Positions 25,996 to 39,137 of a stretch of DNA of 64,000 nt are shown here, one piece after another. This DNA is from Azolla caroliniana (Eukaryota; Plantae; Polypodiophyta), in NCBI GenBank assembly GCA_043228905.1, contig JBHGNT010000011.1, positions 6,944,001-7,008,000 of the forward strand. The letters are read 5' to 3'. The position numbers and the translations under genes were made by a program. How positions within the stretch are numbered: the stretch's first letter is position 1; each line of letters opens with the position of its first letter. The notes beneath the pieces were generated by a model. It did not search any database. It was not told the origin of the DNA and saw only the letters and a list, made by a program, of their open reading frames with translations.

Positions 25996-27655
25996 CGATG
26001 GTTTGTGGTTGGTTGGCTTTGCTCCCTCTAGGGACCCGTCCTTGCTCACCAACGGTTGCGGACATTTCACAATCTACAGTTCGATTTAGCAGCGAGAACG
26101 AAAGCTAGTAAGTACCGTAGTGTAAGTGAAAGATACCCTAATGATATTTTGTCACCTGTTTCCAACAACAAGGTAGTGGCGATTGGGATATGCTACGAAG
26201 AATAGACGCGACTCTCGATTCTCTGAAAAGGTGGATTTTGGAAATACTTCAGGAAGTTGTTTGGATCCTTATCACAAAACTCTCATTCTTTACCTCTATT
26301 ATTTTTTCACGCATGAATTCCGTTCCCTTTCATGACCCTTTCTTCTACCACATTCCTCCCATTCCGTGAACTTTTGTTTCTTTCACTCTCGGAGTAGGCG
26401 CGAAGCCAGCCAACCTTCCCAACTTTATAGGTTTCGACTAGGGAAGTCTTTATATCAATCAAATTTTGGTTGGGTATCTCTCACACACTTCCTTCTATGA
26501 ACCTCGGGTTGTAAGTCACTTTTGAGAGTCTGTCCAAGAAGGCTTGGATTTCCATGATCGATACTATCGTGCGTGTTTACCAATACCTTCTCTCATACAC
26601 TAAACGGTACCACAAAGATCTCTACGTACTTGTCTTAGACAAGTATGCTGAGACCTTCCCAACCCAAACCCGTGGAAGCGGCAAAGGCTGCAGGGTGAAG
26701 CACATTGCTCTAAGAAAAGAAGGGGTCGCACATGCGGCCTGTACAAGTCTGTCTTAGAATTATGGTATGTTAAAGGGCATAGTAGCACGCGCCTACAGTT
26801 AGATTTGGGAATGCAAGGGGGGCGGGGCAGGCGAGAGATCCCGCTATGCTTTCTGTGCGCCATGATATTACAAAATCAAGGCCGCAGGTCCAGCAGTATT
26901 TTCACGAAGATGCCGTCTATAGTGGTTCCCTCGAGCCCAGCCCTTGGTCGTCATTGACCTGAGATTAGGTGCTACTTTTTCGTAGGCATCAATTCGTCAT
27001 ATATCTATGTCCCAGCGAAATGGTCTTTCGACCTTCGCTCGATCTCCACAGCTTAGATCCCATAATACACGTAGTTGTTGTTCCATTGTCGTCAAAGCCT
27101 CGAGCTTTAATCCATCCGGAACTGGAGTCAATTTTCTCATGTCATTCAAGTGTACAACGTCCTTCAATGTTAGTTCATTAATGTCCATTGATTTAGACTC
27201 CTTCTCCGCCACCTTATACAAATAAGACCGATAGGGGTCAGGCCTTTCATTTGAGGGCCCCTGTTCCCTAGCCCTCACAACGAACCACCATATGGAAGCC
27301 TTTCGACTCGTACGGTTCGCCCTCTCAGATCTAGACCCTGACATTACCAGTTAGGACTTTACCCGTTGTTCTGCCATGGTGAGGCCCAGTCCATCTTGTG
27401 TGTGGAGTGGCGTACAGATTTGTTAAGGAAATATTTGTTCCCTTAGTAGAGAACAGTACAATCCTGGAGTAGCCCTCTTTGTATTAACTGCTAAGGTCTA
27501 TGTCGTCACTACAAGCGAGGCCTCTAAACTCTTCAAGGACGTCGTCAAAGAAGGGGATGATTGGCCCCGACTTTTGAAACTACTAAGTTTTCCTTTTTAG
27601 TGAGAGCTATGCGGCCCTTGCTTTTCTTGCGGAAAAAAGAAGAAACCTTGCCAAA

Positions 27656-28082
27656 GTAAGCTCAGCAGTCAGCCTACGGGTGTACGGTAAGGTGTTTGGC
27701 TTTTTTTTGCTGGATCTAGAGAGATACTACGAGTCCCCCGCCCTAGATTCCCGAATCCGTGGTTATCTAGTTCGCCGGTGCTACCAAAAATTCTGATGCT
27801 TACATTACCGAACTAGTAGTGTCAGTCTGAACGGTCGGCGGAAAACCCAGTTGTGCTTTTAGCATCGGTTGTAAGCTCAGCAGTCAGCCTACGGGTGCAC
27901 GGTAAGTGTTTGGCTTTTTCTTGCCGGATCTAGAGAGATACTACTAGTCCCCCGCCCTAGATTCTCGAATCCGCGGTTATCTAGTTCGCTGGTACTACCA
28001 AAAACTCTGATGCTTATGTTACCGAACTAGTAGTGTTAGTCTTAACGGCCGGCGGAAAACCCAGTTGTGCTTTTAGCATCGG
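27656..28082. repeat. ~215-bp direct tandem duplication within the NUMT
   Basis: GTAAGCTCAGCAGTCAGCCTACGGG starts at both 27656 and 27871. Confidence 0.9.
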
Positions 28083-28149
28083 CTTTGTATCGAAGTTGGA
28101 AACTCCCCGTGCTAGGCCATAAATGCTTGGAGTCCATATTTATTATGGT

Positions 28150-28432
28150 GGAGATAATGCTATGATAGAATTGATTGCTCAATAACCTAACCGAGCGCAC
28201 GTTCGAGTCATTGGCTCATCCGACCTCGCATTCATGAGTAACCCATTCAATTATCTTTCAGAGACACGGTTGGAAAGTGAGGGCCGAAAGTGACTAGCCT
28301 CACTCTTTCCTTTCGCAAAAGGCTATGTTCCCTATTTATTAAGGTAAGTTGCCTCCGTCTCATCGCGAGCACGTACAATGTTCTGATTACATTGTTTAGT
28401 AATACATTTACTTGGTGGTTTAATGGTCGCCT
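28150..28432 (-). ncRNA. 5' part of group II intron nad4i1399 (3' end and last exon not found; left boundary arbitrary)
   Basis: Starts AGGCG right after ...CTTGGAG at the canonical 1399 position. Confidence 0.7.
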
Positions 28433-30480
28433 CTCCAAGAATGGAAGGTAAAAATGTTAGAACTTCTCTTCTATTCAAATCGGAGAATTTATGGAGGAAT
28501 TCGAGTTTGAAATTCCCAAAAACCACACGAGTATATAGCCAAAGAGGATAGGTTGCGCCTAAAATTATCCCAAGTGCCGCTGATGTGGCCACTAAGCTAT
28601 TTTTTTAAGAAGTTCCCACTAGAATAGGAAATTCTCCAATGGAGCTACTAGTGCAGGGTAAACTCATATTAGTTGGAGTAGAAAGTAATGGAATGGTGAA
28701 GAAATTTAGCATGGTGCTTGCTAGACCTCCGTAATACCTAACAAGTCGGGTCTTATATCAGTCATATGGAGCACCAACGCATGAGAAAAGGGCTAAAAGA
28801 ACCAGTCCATAACTTGACGTGGGTAAAATGCTACCTTCAATTCCCTATATGTTTGATAGAGTGAAATCTTCTCCCCGAGTACGCCGATTCCTCCTGAACC
28901 GTACGAGGTAGTTACCTATCATACGGCTCTTTAACTCCACTTATTGGGTTGTTCGGCTTCCAATCGATGGTAGTACCTGAGATCTGTTACTGAAATGAAC
29001 CCCTTTGAACATAAAGTCGCCCGCTTTCTATTCATGGTTGGCGGTTGCGGACTTACTAAATAAAGCATCTGGAACCGGAGGAACCGGATACGATAACGAC
29101 GTATCCTGAAAGCAAGCCTCTAACTCGAATAGGATTGTGTCGTCAATGGCCTTCCCATCAAGAGGGAGAGGAGGGCCAAGTGTCTGCCTGTATTTTTTTT
29201 TTGGCTTACTCTTGGGTGGACAGTAACCTATGAACCTATGTTACATGGAAAGTGGGACTGTGGCATGTAGTTTTATTGTTGTTACCAGGGCTGGAAACCA
29301 ACCGGTTCTGTGTGGTGGCAAACACATCCGCACCCCACCCGTCCCCAATGAAATTAATAATCCACTCCCTTGCCAATTGTGGCCTTAAGACTTAGTCTCG
29401 ATGGTTGGACACGTGTCAGCTGTAGGAAGTACTGGGCACATTAGGGAAGAGAATGCATTAAGGCTGTGAACTTTGAGTTTTCCTCTCTGAGCCTAGAGAA
29501 CGCTCTGCATTTCTCAGGGGCTTTAGCCACTCAACCGAGGGGAAGAGGGTAAACTGATTCTTACTCTGTAGAGCCGTGCTGCGCATTTTTGTTCGTAGAG
29601 CTAGTGAAGTTCCCGAACCTACTCTACTCTCCTTGCCGCCTTTTGATGAGAAAAGTAGAAAATGAAAGAACGCCGCCTCTAAGGCCCCGCATCCAACACA
29701 AGTACTTCCTGCTAAATTCAATCACGCTGCTTCTACGACATGCTACGCTTTCTGTCCTATGGTTAGAAGGTTAATTGGTCGCACGTCCGACATACAGGTT
29801 TTTTTTGGCCTTGCGTGTTCATGGCTTAACTATAGGTGACCTTACGGCCGCCCGACTAGACATACCAATAGTTACAAAATTCATATAGGCTACTAAAGGG
29901 TAGGCAATAATCTTTTTCAGATCAATTTATCTTATAGTAGTCAAGAGAGTGTATATAATAGCAATCATGCTTAGAGTATAAATAAAAAGAGTAAAATAAA
30001 GTATCACTCCAGGAAACATGAGTACAGAAAATCTTAAAAAACCATAGGTTCCCAGTTTTAAAAAAATTCCTGCCAAGATTACAAATCCAGCTGTAAGTAC
30101 CTCTACATGAGCTTTGGGTAACCAAATATGAACTGGTACCATAGGCACTTTTACAAAGAAAAAAGCGAAAAAGCCGAGCCATAGCAAGATTTAGCGCCAT
30201 TCACTAGCTCCGTGGTTAATAATATATGCAAATCAATACTTACCGTCTGAAAGAATATCAATAAGATAGCTACGAGCATGAAGACAAATCCAAACAAGGT
30301 ATATAAGAGAAACTAATGTGCCGCTCATATTTTTCTTATCTAGAACCCCATATCCCTATAATAATAAACATAAATATTAACACGCTTTCGAAAGAAACAT
30401 AAAAAAGTAAAATATGCAGCATGCGAGACACAACAATCGTAAAAGTTTCACCAATTGAAAATGCTACAATATACTCTTTC
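28433..30480 (-). pseudogene. nad4: Mitochondrial NADH dehydrogenase subunit 4, partial (exons ~30480-29854 and 28855-28433)
   Basis: KEYIVAF...ESVL...VKVPMVPVHIWLPKAHVE...IDLKKIIAY...LGIILGATYPLWLY. The 28855-28433 exon is 423 nt, equal to the distance between intron sites 976 and 1399. Confidence 0.95.
28856..29853 (-). ncRNA. Group II intron nad4i976
   Basis: Starts GGGCG; domain V GAGCCGTATGAT...CGTACGGTTC; ends CTCTAT. Confidence 0.9.
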
Positions 30481-30481
30481 T

Positions 30482-30553
30482 CGTCAAACCCGAGGATCGA
30501 GCCTGGGTCACCCGTGTGACAAGTAGGAATCCTAACCACTGTACTACAATGAC
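30482..30553 (-). tRNA. trnD: Degenerate cytosolic-type tRNA-Asp(GTC), probable pseudogene
   Basis: GTCATTGTAGTACAGTGG...CTTGTCAC...GGCTCGATCC; mutated B box and acceptor stem. Confidence 0.7.
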
Positions 30554-30773
30554 ATCCTGGTGTTGGGAAAAGTATTCTCTATACTACTTGTTCGGACCAT
30601 AGACCGGAATGACAAGGAATACCCGTGTGTGCACTCGGACGAGATCATGGTAATATGGCACCTGCCTCGCTGACGACCCACTGTACGCCTCCAAGTGTTC
30701 GAAAAGAGTAGATAGTTTGGCGGAGCGAACAACAATACCCTACGAGATGACAGGAGGTTCACAACACCCTTCA

Positions 30774-30845
30774 CGCCGTTGCCAGGGATCAAATCCGGCT
30801 CACTCGTGTGACAGGCGGGAATACTCAACACTATATTACAATGAC
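30774..30845 (-). tRNA. trnD: Degenerate cytosolic-type tRNA-Asp(GTC), probable pseudogene
   Basis: GTCATTGTAATATAGTG...CCCGCCTGTCAC...TGATCCCTGGCAACGGCG; close to the plant tRNA-Asp consensus, with mostly G>A/C>T changes. Confidence 0.75.
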
Positions 30846-31876
30846 ATTCTGGTATTGGAGGAAGTATCCTCTGTACTACAACACCGTGTCATTTGAAACA
30901 GGTAATATGTTGTATTCTCTTTTGCCATAGTTGGTGAGATGCAGAAAAGTACCCTGATTTAGCATGATTTCTAAAATGTACAATGCATGCGTACCTATTT
31001 TGGTGAATTGTATACGTCTTGTTTTCGTGTCAATTTGTATATCCTGGTGTACAATTGAATACTAGGTTGAATATTAAACATCTTTATTTGGTATCCATAT
31101 TCAAATTGTATAGTAAAACTACATAAACCATAAATGTTAATATGTGCTTTAGGGTTGAGGAAAAAAGTAGTCCCCCACTTGTTGGACGGGTATATCGATA
31201 GTTTCATTGTATAATGTCATATAATCCATCACAATGTAATTGGTAAGAGTAACAATTATGTACCACGTTCATTTATACTATTTGAAACCAACAGACTTGG
31301 AACATAGCAAACTGAAAACCATTTATTATCAAGAACATTCACAAGTTCATGTATGTAATCATGCTAGGAGATTGTGTTACATCTTCTAGGTCCACAAGCT
31401 CCCCTGCTTCTTCATCAATACGTTCCATTGGTTCTTGTGAAATCATTTGGAACATCTCTCTCTCATTGATGTGCTTAGCTCCGACTTCTTGATCCTGATC
31501 TGGACAGTCCCAGATTCCTGTGATCCTCATTTTGATGAAGTTAACTTGTGCAGGGTCCTTCTCCAATGCAACACAGTTTCAAAACATCTTCAATGCACAA
31601 GCTGTTGTAGTACCTAATGGCCGCATGAACACGAACAAGTATATATAAGAATTAAAGGCTTAAACTTGATCGACAAAAATCAAAGTAAATATATTTTATA
31701 TACATGTGCTAGAGAACAAGTCTAGGACCCAATCATCTGGATTCGAGAAGAGCTCTAGGAGGCGGTTGATCAATCTTTGAGGTTTTTGATAAGGATTCAC
31801 CATACTCTTATCACTTGAAACATGCCTTAATTTTTTTGTGACATTTGGGCACATAATATAATTTACCACATTACGC

Positions 31877-34800
31877 TGTCGTAGTGTAATTTACACACTA
31901 CGTGAAAATTGCATTTTGTCCATCCGGATAGAGAATGAAATACCCGGTGAGAACTGGACGAAGTGAAACCGGCAAGGAGGAATTGGCAAGGAACAGCCGG
32001 ATGAAGAAGACCGGTGAGAGTCTCTTATGGGATGAAGAGACACAATTGTAAATAAAAGAAACATTAACATTTTTCTTACGAGCATAGGGCAAGATTCGAA
32101 CCTAGCACCTCCACGAAGACAAAGTTTAGCCTTACCATTATACTAACTTATTCTAAGTGTTTTAAATATAGATTTATTACGTATAAAACCTTTAATTTCG
32201 CCTACCTTTATGAAAAGGTAAGTCATGCATTTTTAGAATGCGTGAAAACTTTATTTATATACACACTAATAAAAGTACGCGTGCACATCTAGCGGGCATG
32301 AATGCTAAATTTAAGAAATTGTAGTGGGAAAAGTAAAGCATGCAAATTTAGAGAGCATGAACACTTTAGAAAAGCAAGAAGCTATGCTTAGCCTCTTCCG
32401 TCCTTATATAAGGAGGAGAGAAAGATGTATAAGGGTTGGTTATTTTTTTGGATTAAGTATTGATCAATATGAGAATTATTCATGGGATTCACGATTTATG
32501 CATCTACTTCTTTCTTAACAACCTAAGTACCAATTAATATAGTATACTCGTGTGATTCATGAGTTTCTTACCTTTCTCTTTGCTATCTACTCATAATTAA
32601 TCTCTATCTCACGATCTCCTTTCTCCTAGTCCAAAACCCCAACGGTTCCTACCCGACTCACGTAACAATCCGGCGTCGAGAGGCACGACACAAGTGGTGA
32701 ACCCGACATGAAAACGGGTGGCAAGGAGATGGAGATTCAACAAGCTAACAATATGATGGCGATGTTTGAGCGGATGCTACAAGAACAACGCGCGATGTTG
32801 GAGATTTCGGCAGCAGTAGAGCGGCTCGTGCAACGCAACGGGCAATTCAACGGTAAGGATGTGTCGCGATATTGGCAGGACTACAAGGCAGAGATGCTCC
32901 GGTGCCGGATTTTGGAAGGACTGCAAGTGACATCCTTCAACCGGGTGGCGATCGACGGATTTCAAGGGAGTATCCACAGGTTACAACAACAAAATCCAAC
33001 GTGGGAAGCATTTGAAGAAGTGTTAAAGACCACGTTCGCCATCGAGGACTCCAAGGCAATGCGGAGGGGATTTGAAGATTGGGTGGAAACGCCAGGTAAG
33101 GGGCTGAAGGTCCTCGAAGTGTTTTCGTCATTCAAAAGTCGGTTCGGGGGTTTGTCTGCGAGAGATCAAACTATTCTTGCACCGGACAAAGTCATCATGT
33201 TTTTGCGAGCTGTGGACGTCCGGGACCGGAAAGATCTCGGAGTGCTTCTGGAGGACACGACCACCGAAAGCGGCCTCACCGAAACGTACGAAAGCGTGCG
33301 GGATATCGTCGCGCGATACACGAAGAGGGGGCAGTGGCTTGCTAACGAAGAGAAGAGGGTTTCGGAACCGATTCTGAAACCGAGATCCGGATTGGAGGAC
33401 CATCAACTGCGAGCTCGAGAGACTACGACCGAGAAGGGGATTGGCACAACCACGGTGGAGCAGTTGCTGAAAGATATGGAGAATCTGAAAATCGCGATGG
33501 TAAAGAAGTCGGGAGACCGTCCCACAAACTCCAAGTATATGGACCGTCGATGTATATGGTGTGATAGCACCGAACACGATCGGAGGGATTGCGATGAGCA
33601 CAAGGAGGCGTTACGACGTGATCTTATCTACTACGAGGGAAATCAGATTCATTCGATGGACTCTCGGAAGCCACTCCGACCGAGCTTCCGGAAAGGCGGC
33701 ATGAAGAAGGTTCTAGAGGAGGAAATAGCATCAAAAGGTAATTATGTGACTGTGGGTGAGTCGTCGGGAGCAAAGGTGTCTTTTTGGCTAGATATGCTAG
33801 AAAACCCCGAGAAAACCGACTCCAATGAGATCCGAAGCACCGCGGACGGTATCCGTGAAGCTACAGAATGGGAGTGCCCTGTGGATAAGAATAGCGTGTT
33901 TGCTTTATGCCAATTGCATGAAGTGTATGTAGATGAGAAGCGACGGTGCACGGATGAGGCGGCCGGTCCATCGAAGACACTGGAAAGTTGGAACTCCGGA
34001 GGTAAGGGAAAAGAAAAGATGATTCCGGCATTCAAGCTCGCCTCGGACATCGAACAACAAAAGGACTTGAAAAAGGTGTTCGAGGAGAGAATCCTCGATA
34101 GCCGGGTAGATTTTTTGCTTCGAGAATTACTCAGAATAGCGAAGAAGGAGTTCCACAATCTTCTTGTGGATATCTTGAAGAGAAAAAGGCAAAGTACGGA
34201 GGAGAACGCTCCAAGGGTGAATGCAAATACCGTTCTAATGAATGACACCGAATTGGAGGATGAAATACCGAATTCTCACTACACAAAGCCACACTGGGCA
34301 CGCGCAACTATGGAGACTCCGGTCCGAATCGGTAACATCAAAGAGCCCGTGCTAGCATTGATTGATCACGGATCAGAGATCAACTTGATGTCCAAGGAGT
34401 TCTACCGGAAGGGTAAGTGGCCTATTAACACGAATCATGGGTGGAAGATCCGGGCAGCCATTAAAGCAACGGAAGAGCTATTTGCGGCTTGTCCGGATGT
34501 GATGGTGAAGATCGGGGATGTGGAGATAGACCAAAATTTCTTCATGCAAGATGAGGTCTCACACTCCGTGATCCTTGGGCAACCCTTTATCATGGCTTCA
34601 CGGATGGAGACAAAGGTGCTCGATAGCGGTGCGGCTTTTGCATGAATTCGGAGTCAAAACGGAGGGAAATCCGTCCAATTCCTAACTGTGCCGGAAAATC
34701 ATGAAAGGAACAAGAGGGAGCTCTTGTCCCAAACGAAGATGGATTTTTAGATCGGACTGTTGCGGAGTGGGGAAGTGATAGTCCGAGAAGTCCTGATACC

Positions 34801-37800
34801 CCACACAGGAAGAAGACTCTCGGAGCAAAACAAGTACAAATCGGTCCTGATGGGGCATCAACGTACGCAGCCATAGCCGGAGGAATGAAGAAAGAATACC
34901 GAAAGGTAGAGAGTAAGTTACGGTCGGCATCAATAATAAAAGAAGATGAAGAAATCGTGGGGGTAGTCGAAGAAGTGTTCTATGGGAGCACGCTACAACG
35001 ACTTGAAGAGCTTATGGAGGGTAAAAACCAAGAAGACCAGGTAGTCCCGGTGGAATCCGTCGAGATGTACGAGATCATTGCGAAAATGGGGCCGGATGCG
35101 TTCTGCAAAGAAGAAGTAATGGTAAGTACGAAATACAAGATCGTGGAGAAGAAAGTGAAACCAGCCGTAGGACCGCTACCCGCCGATAGCGAACAAAAGA
35201 GGAAAGAAGTCTCGGGAGATCCAACACTTCGAAACTCCGTGGATATCGGGCATGCCTTCTCGGAAGGTTTCCTCTCGCAAAAAGAAGAAGAACGGTTTCG
35301 TGAGATGTTGGAACAACATGGAAAAGCATTTGCATTCACATCGAAGGAGATAGGGTGTGTTGATCCGAAGATAGTGGAGCCGATGGTGATCTTCATGATT
35401 GACCATGTGCCGTGGAGCCTAAAGCCGATTCCGGTGCCGCGGGCGCATATTCCGAAAGTCATCAACTTACTCAAGGAGAAGGTGGCGATGGGGATTCTAG
35501 AGCCATCAAACGCTCCGTACTCAAATCGATGGTTTACGGTTCCGAAGAAGAATGGGTCACTCCAATTTATCCAAGACTTGCAACCGGTGAACAAGGTCAC
35601 GATCCGGAATTCCGGAGTCGGTCCGATAGTGGACGAATTTGCGGAAGCATTTGCCGGTCGCGCGATATACTCCATCGGAGACCTATACTCCGGATATGAC
35701 CAATTCCAACTAGCCGTGGAGAGCCGAGACATCACTACCATGCGGACACCGATAGGATTAGTCCGGATGTGTATGCTACCACAAGGCGCGACGAACTCAG
35801 TCACACATATGATGAATTTGATGAACAAGGTGCTAGGGGATTGCATACCGGAGATAACGATGCCGTTCCTAGATGACATTTCGATGAAAGGGTGTGCGGT
35901 GGAAGAAAAAGATGAGGCTATGGATGAACGGGGATGCCGAAGGTTCATAGTCAACCATATCCGTGATTGTGGGAAAGTGTTACGGACGTTAGAAAATGCG
36001 CATCTAACACTTTCTAGAGAGAAATCGGCATTCAGACAAGAAGAAATATTGGTAATCGAACATCTATGTGGGCCCTACGGCCGAAGACCGTCACCAACCA
36101 AGATTGATGCGATTTAGGCTATGAAAGAAGTATGCGAGTCACAATCCGAAGTCCGAAGGTTTCTTGGAGCATGTGCATTCTATCACATATGGATTCTGCA
36201 CTACGCACATATTGCGGACCCGCTCTATCACTTGTTGCGAAAGGGGAAGAAGTTCAAATGGAAACTGGAACACCGAAGCCATGAGGAAGCTCAAGAAAAC
36301 ACTATGCAGGGTTGAAGCTCTAAAGAAGCCGAACTATGACCGACCGGTTATAGTAACGGTTGATACAAGTCCAACCGGAATCGGATGGGTCATCAATCAA
36401 CTCGACTCGGATGGTTCGCGATATCCGATCCGACTCGGAGCAAAGGTTCTCAACAAAAGTCAACGTGGGTATGCGCAAGTCAAAAGAGAATTATGGGGAG
36501 TCCTGTCGGCAATCAAATCGGATCGAGATTATTTGATCGGAGCCGAAGTAGTGATCGAAATGGATTGTCTTCCGATACTCAGGATGATGCGGTGTTGTAC
36601 TATACCGGATGTGGCTATGCTAAGGTGGATTGCATATGTTAAGTCACTTAATCCAGAGGTAAGACACATCTTCAGAAAAGACAACGTTGTAGCGGATATG
36701 CTATCATGGGCGTGGTTCGGAAATGACATAACCGAATCCGATAATGAAGAAGTTTCCGAAGACTACTTTGCTTCGGAGCACATATGCCAGATGGACATAA
36801 TCCAAGAATTCCAGGAAGAAGAATACGAGGGAGAAAGCTTGTTGATCGGGAAAATGCTATGAGAAATCGAGGAATCATCGGACAATAAAGAGAAGAGAGT
36901 CGAGATCCGAAGTAAGAAACGGCAAGTCCGAAAGTTCTTCTTGAAAAATGGATTTTCATGGAGGGAGCCGAAAAGACCGGATGGCATACCACTTCGAGTA
37001 GTCAGGACAAAAGAGCAATGAAACCAGGTAATGTCCGAATTTCACGAATCTGATTGGGCTGGACATCAGGGAACATGGGCAACATTTGGGAAGATCAAGC
37101 AAAGATATTGGTGGAAGAATATGTACAAAGATGTCGTGAAGTTCACGGAAAGCTACGAGAAGTGTCAAATCTACTCTGGAGTTCGACACCGAGATGAGTT
37201 ACATCTGACATTCTCACCGACAATCAAATTCAAACGGATGGTCGACATTGTAGCCATGCCAACCGGGATCGGACAAAAGAAGTACTTGGTGTTAGCTCGG
37301 GAAGATCTCACAAATCAAGTAGAAGGTCGGGCGTTACGAAGAAAAACGTGTTCTGCGGTATGTCAATTTCTTTTGGAAGAAGTGTTTTGCAGGTACGGGT
37401 GCGTAGGACAAGTGATTGCGGATCGGGGAGAACTTGACTCTGATAAAGCTAGGGGATTCTTCGCCAAACATGGAGTTCGGTTAACACTAACAACGACATA
37501 CAATCCGGAAGCCAACGGGAAGGTCGAGCGAGGACATAGTCCGATCGTCAAAGCACTTGCAAATGCATGCGAGGGAAGGGTGATGGATTGGCCACAGATG
37601 CTCATGTATGCACTATGGGCGGATGAGATGACGCATAGCTCTGTAACCGGTTATATGCCGGCAGAACTTATGACCAGACAAGCACCAGTAATTCTGGCGG
37701 AAACCGCAATCGCGACATGGACAATGCTATCGTGGAAGGAAGAGATGAGCCGGGAAGAACTACTAGCGGTCCGGATACGACAACTGGAGGGAAGACCGGA

Positions 37801-39137
37801 AGATGTAGCGGAAGCGTCACGCCGACAACAAGAAGCGCGACTCTGGAACAAAAGCCGGTTCGACACCAAGCACCAACTACGACCACGGAAGATTGAAGAA
37901 GGAGATTGGGTGATTGTCTATAACAGTAGTTTGGATCATCAACATACAACGGTACGGAAGTTCGCAAAAAGGTTGTTCGGCCCATGTGAGGTTCGGAAAG
38001 TTTTCGACAACGAAACTTACCGACTAAGTGAGTTGGATGGAACGATACTGCGAGTGCCTATAGCAGGGAAACGGGTGAAGATCTTCAAGAAGCGGACTAA
38101 CAATGAAACTTATGTAGCCATAGACGAGACCGACAATGAGGAGCAACCGGACAAAGATCGCGGTGATGCGGATAACGAAGAAAGTGGACTTCAACTCGTA
38201 GTCGACATAAGGGAAGATTCGGAGAGCGATACGAATGGAGGCAAATATGGAACATCGGGAATTTTGGCACATACCGGAGGATGTGCGGGTTTAGAGGGGG
38301 TCAGTGTCGTAGTGTAATTTACACACTACGTGGAAATTGCATTTTGTCCATCCGGATAGAGAATGAAATATCTGGTGAGAACCGAACGAAGAGGAACCGG
38401 CAAGGAGGAATCGGCAAACCGGCAAGGAGGAATCGGCAAGGAAGAGCCGGATGAAGAAGACCAGTGAGAGTCTCTTACGGGATGAAGAGACACAACTGTA
38501 AATAAAAGAAACATTAACATTTTTGTTACAAAAATAGGGCAGGATTCAAACCCTGCACCTCCACGCAGACAAACTCCAACCTTACCATTATACTAACTTA
38601 TTCTAAGTGTTTCAAATATAGATTTAATACGTATAAAACCTTTAATTTCGCCTACCTTTATTAAAAGGTATGTCATGCATTTTTAGAATGCGTGAAAACT
38701 TTATTTATATAAACACTAATAAAATTACGCATGCACATCTAGCGGGCATGAATGCTAAATTTAGGAAATCGTAGTGGGAAAAGTAAAGCATGCAAATTTA
38801 GAGAGCATGAACACTTTAGAAAAGCAAGAAGCTATGCTTAGCCTCTTCCATCCTTATATAAGGAGGAGAGAAAGATGTATTAGGGTTGGTTATTTTTTTG
38901 GATTAAGTATTGATCAATATGAAAATTATTCGTAGGATTCACGATTTATGCATCTACTTCTTTCTTAACAACCTAAGTACCAATTAATATAGTATACTCG
39001 TGTGATTCACGAGTTTCTTATCTTTCTCTTTGCTATCTACTCATAAATCTTTATCTCACGATCTCCTTTCTCCTAGTCCAGAACCCCAGCGGTTCCTACC
39101 CGACTCACGTAACGATCCAACGCCGAGAGGAATGACA
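31877..39137 (+). mobile_element. Full-length Ty3/gypsy element (fungal-like lineage) with 4-bp TSD, inserted in an MTase exon
   Basis: LTRs 31877-32690 and 38305-39137; PBS TGGTGAACCCGAC (tRNA-Trp); PPT AGAGGGGG; TSD ACGC/ACGC. Confidence 0.95.
32708..38317 (+). pseudogene. Gag-protease and pol (RT-RH-INT), disrupted
   Basis: CIWCDSTEHDRRDC; LIDHGSEINL; PFLDD; VTVDTS...KRELWG; IADRGE...ANGKVER. Confidence 0.95.

Larger units (their letters stand above)
25996..30480. other. NUMT part 2, containing partial nad4 with group II introns
   Basis: nad4 exons, intron domain V and VI motifs, unedited codons. Confidence 0.85.

Noticed and set aside
28600-30340. In-frame TAA/TAG/TGA codons in nad4 as U-to-C reverse-editing sites
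   Set aside because: Cannot be distinguished from methylation-driven C>T decay, which affects every element in the window; the mitogenome is needed.
30850-31330. Terminal inverted repeat or TSD of the putative DNA transposon
   Set aside because: The right end is deleted, so no partner sequence exists in the window and the boundary cannot be assigned.
34980-35954. 324-aa antisense ORF and the many other overlapping short ORFs
   Set aside because: Shadow frames of retroelement pol genes or microsatellite/LTR sequence, with no independent motifs.
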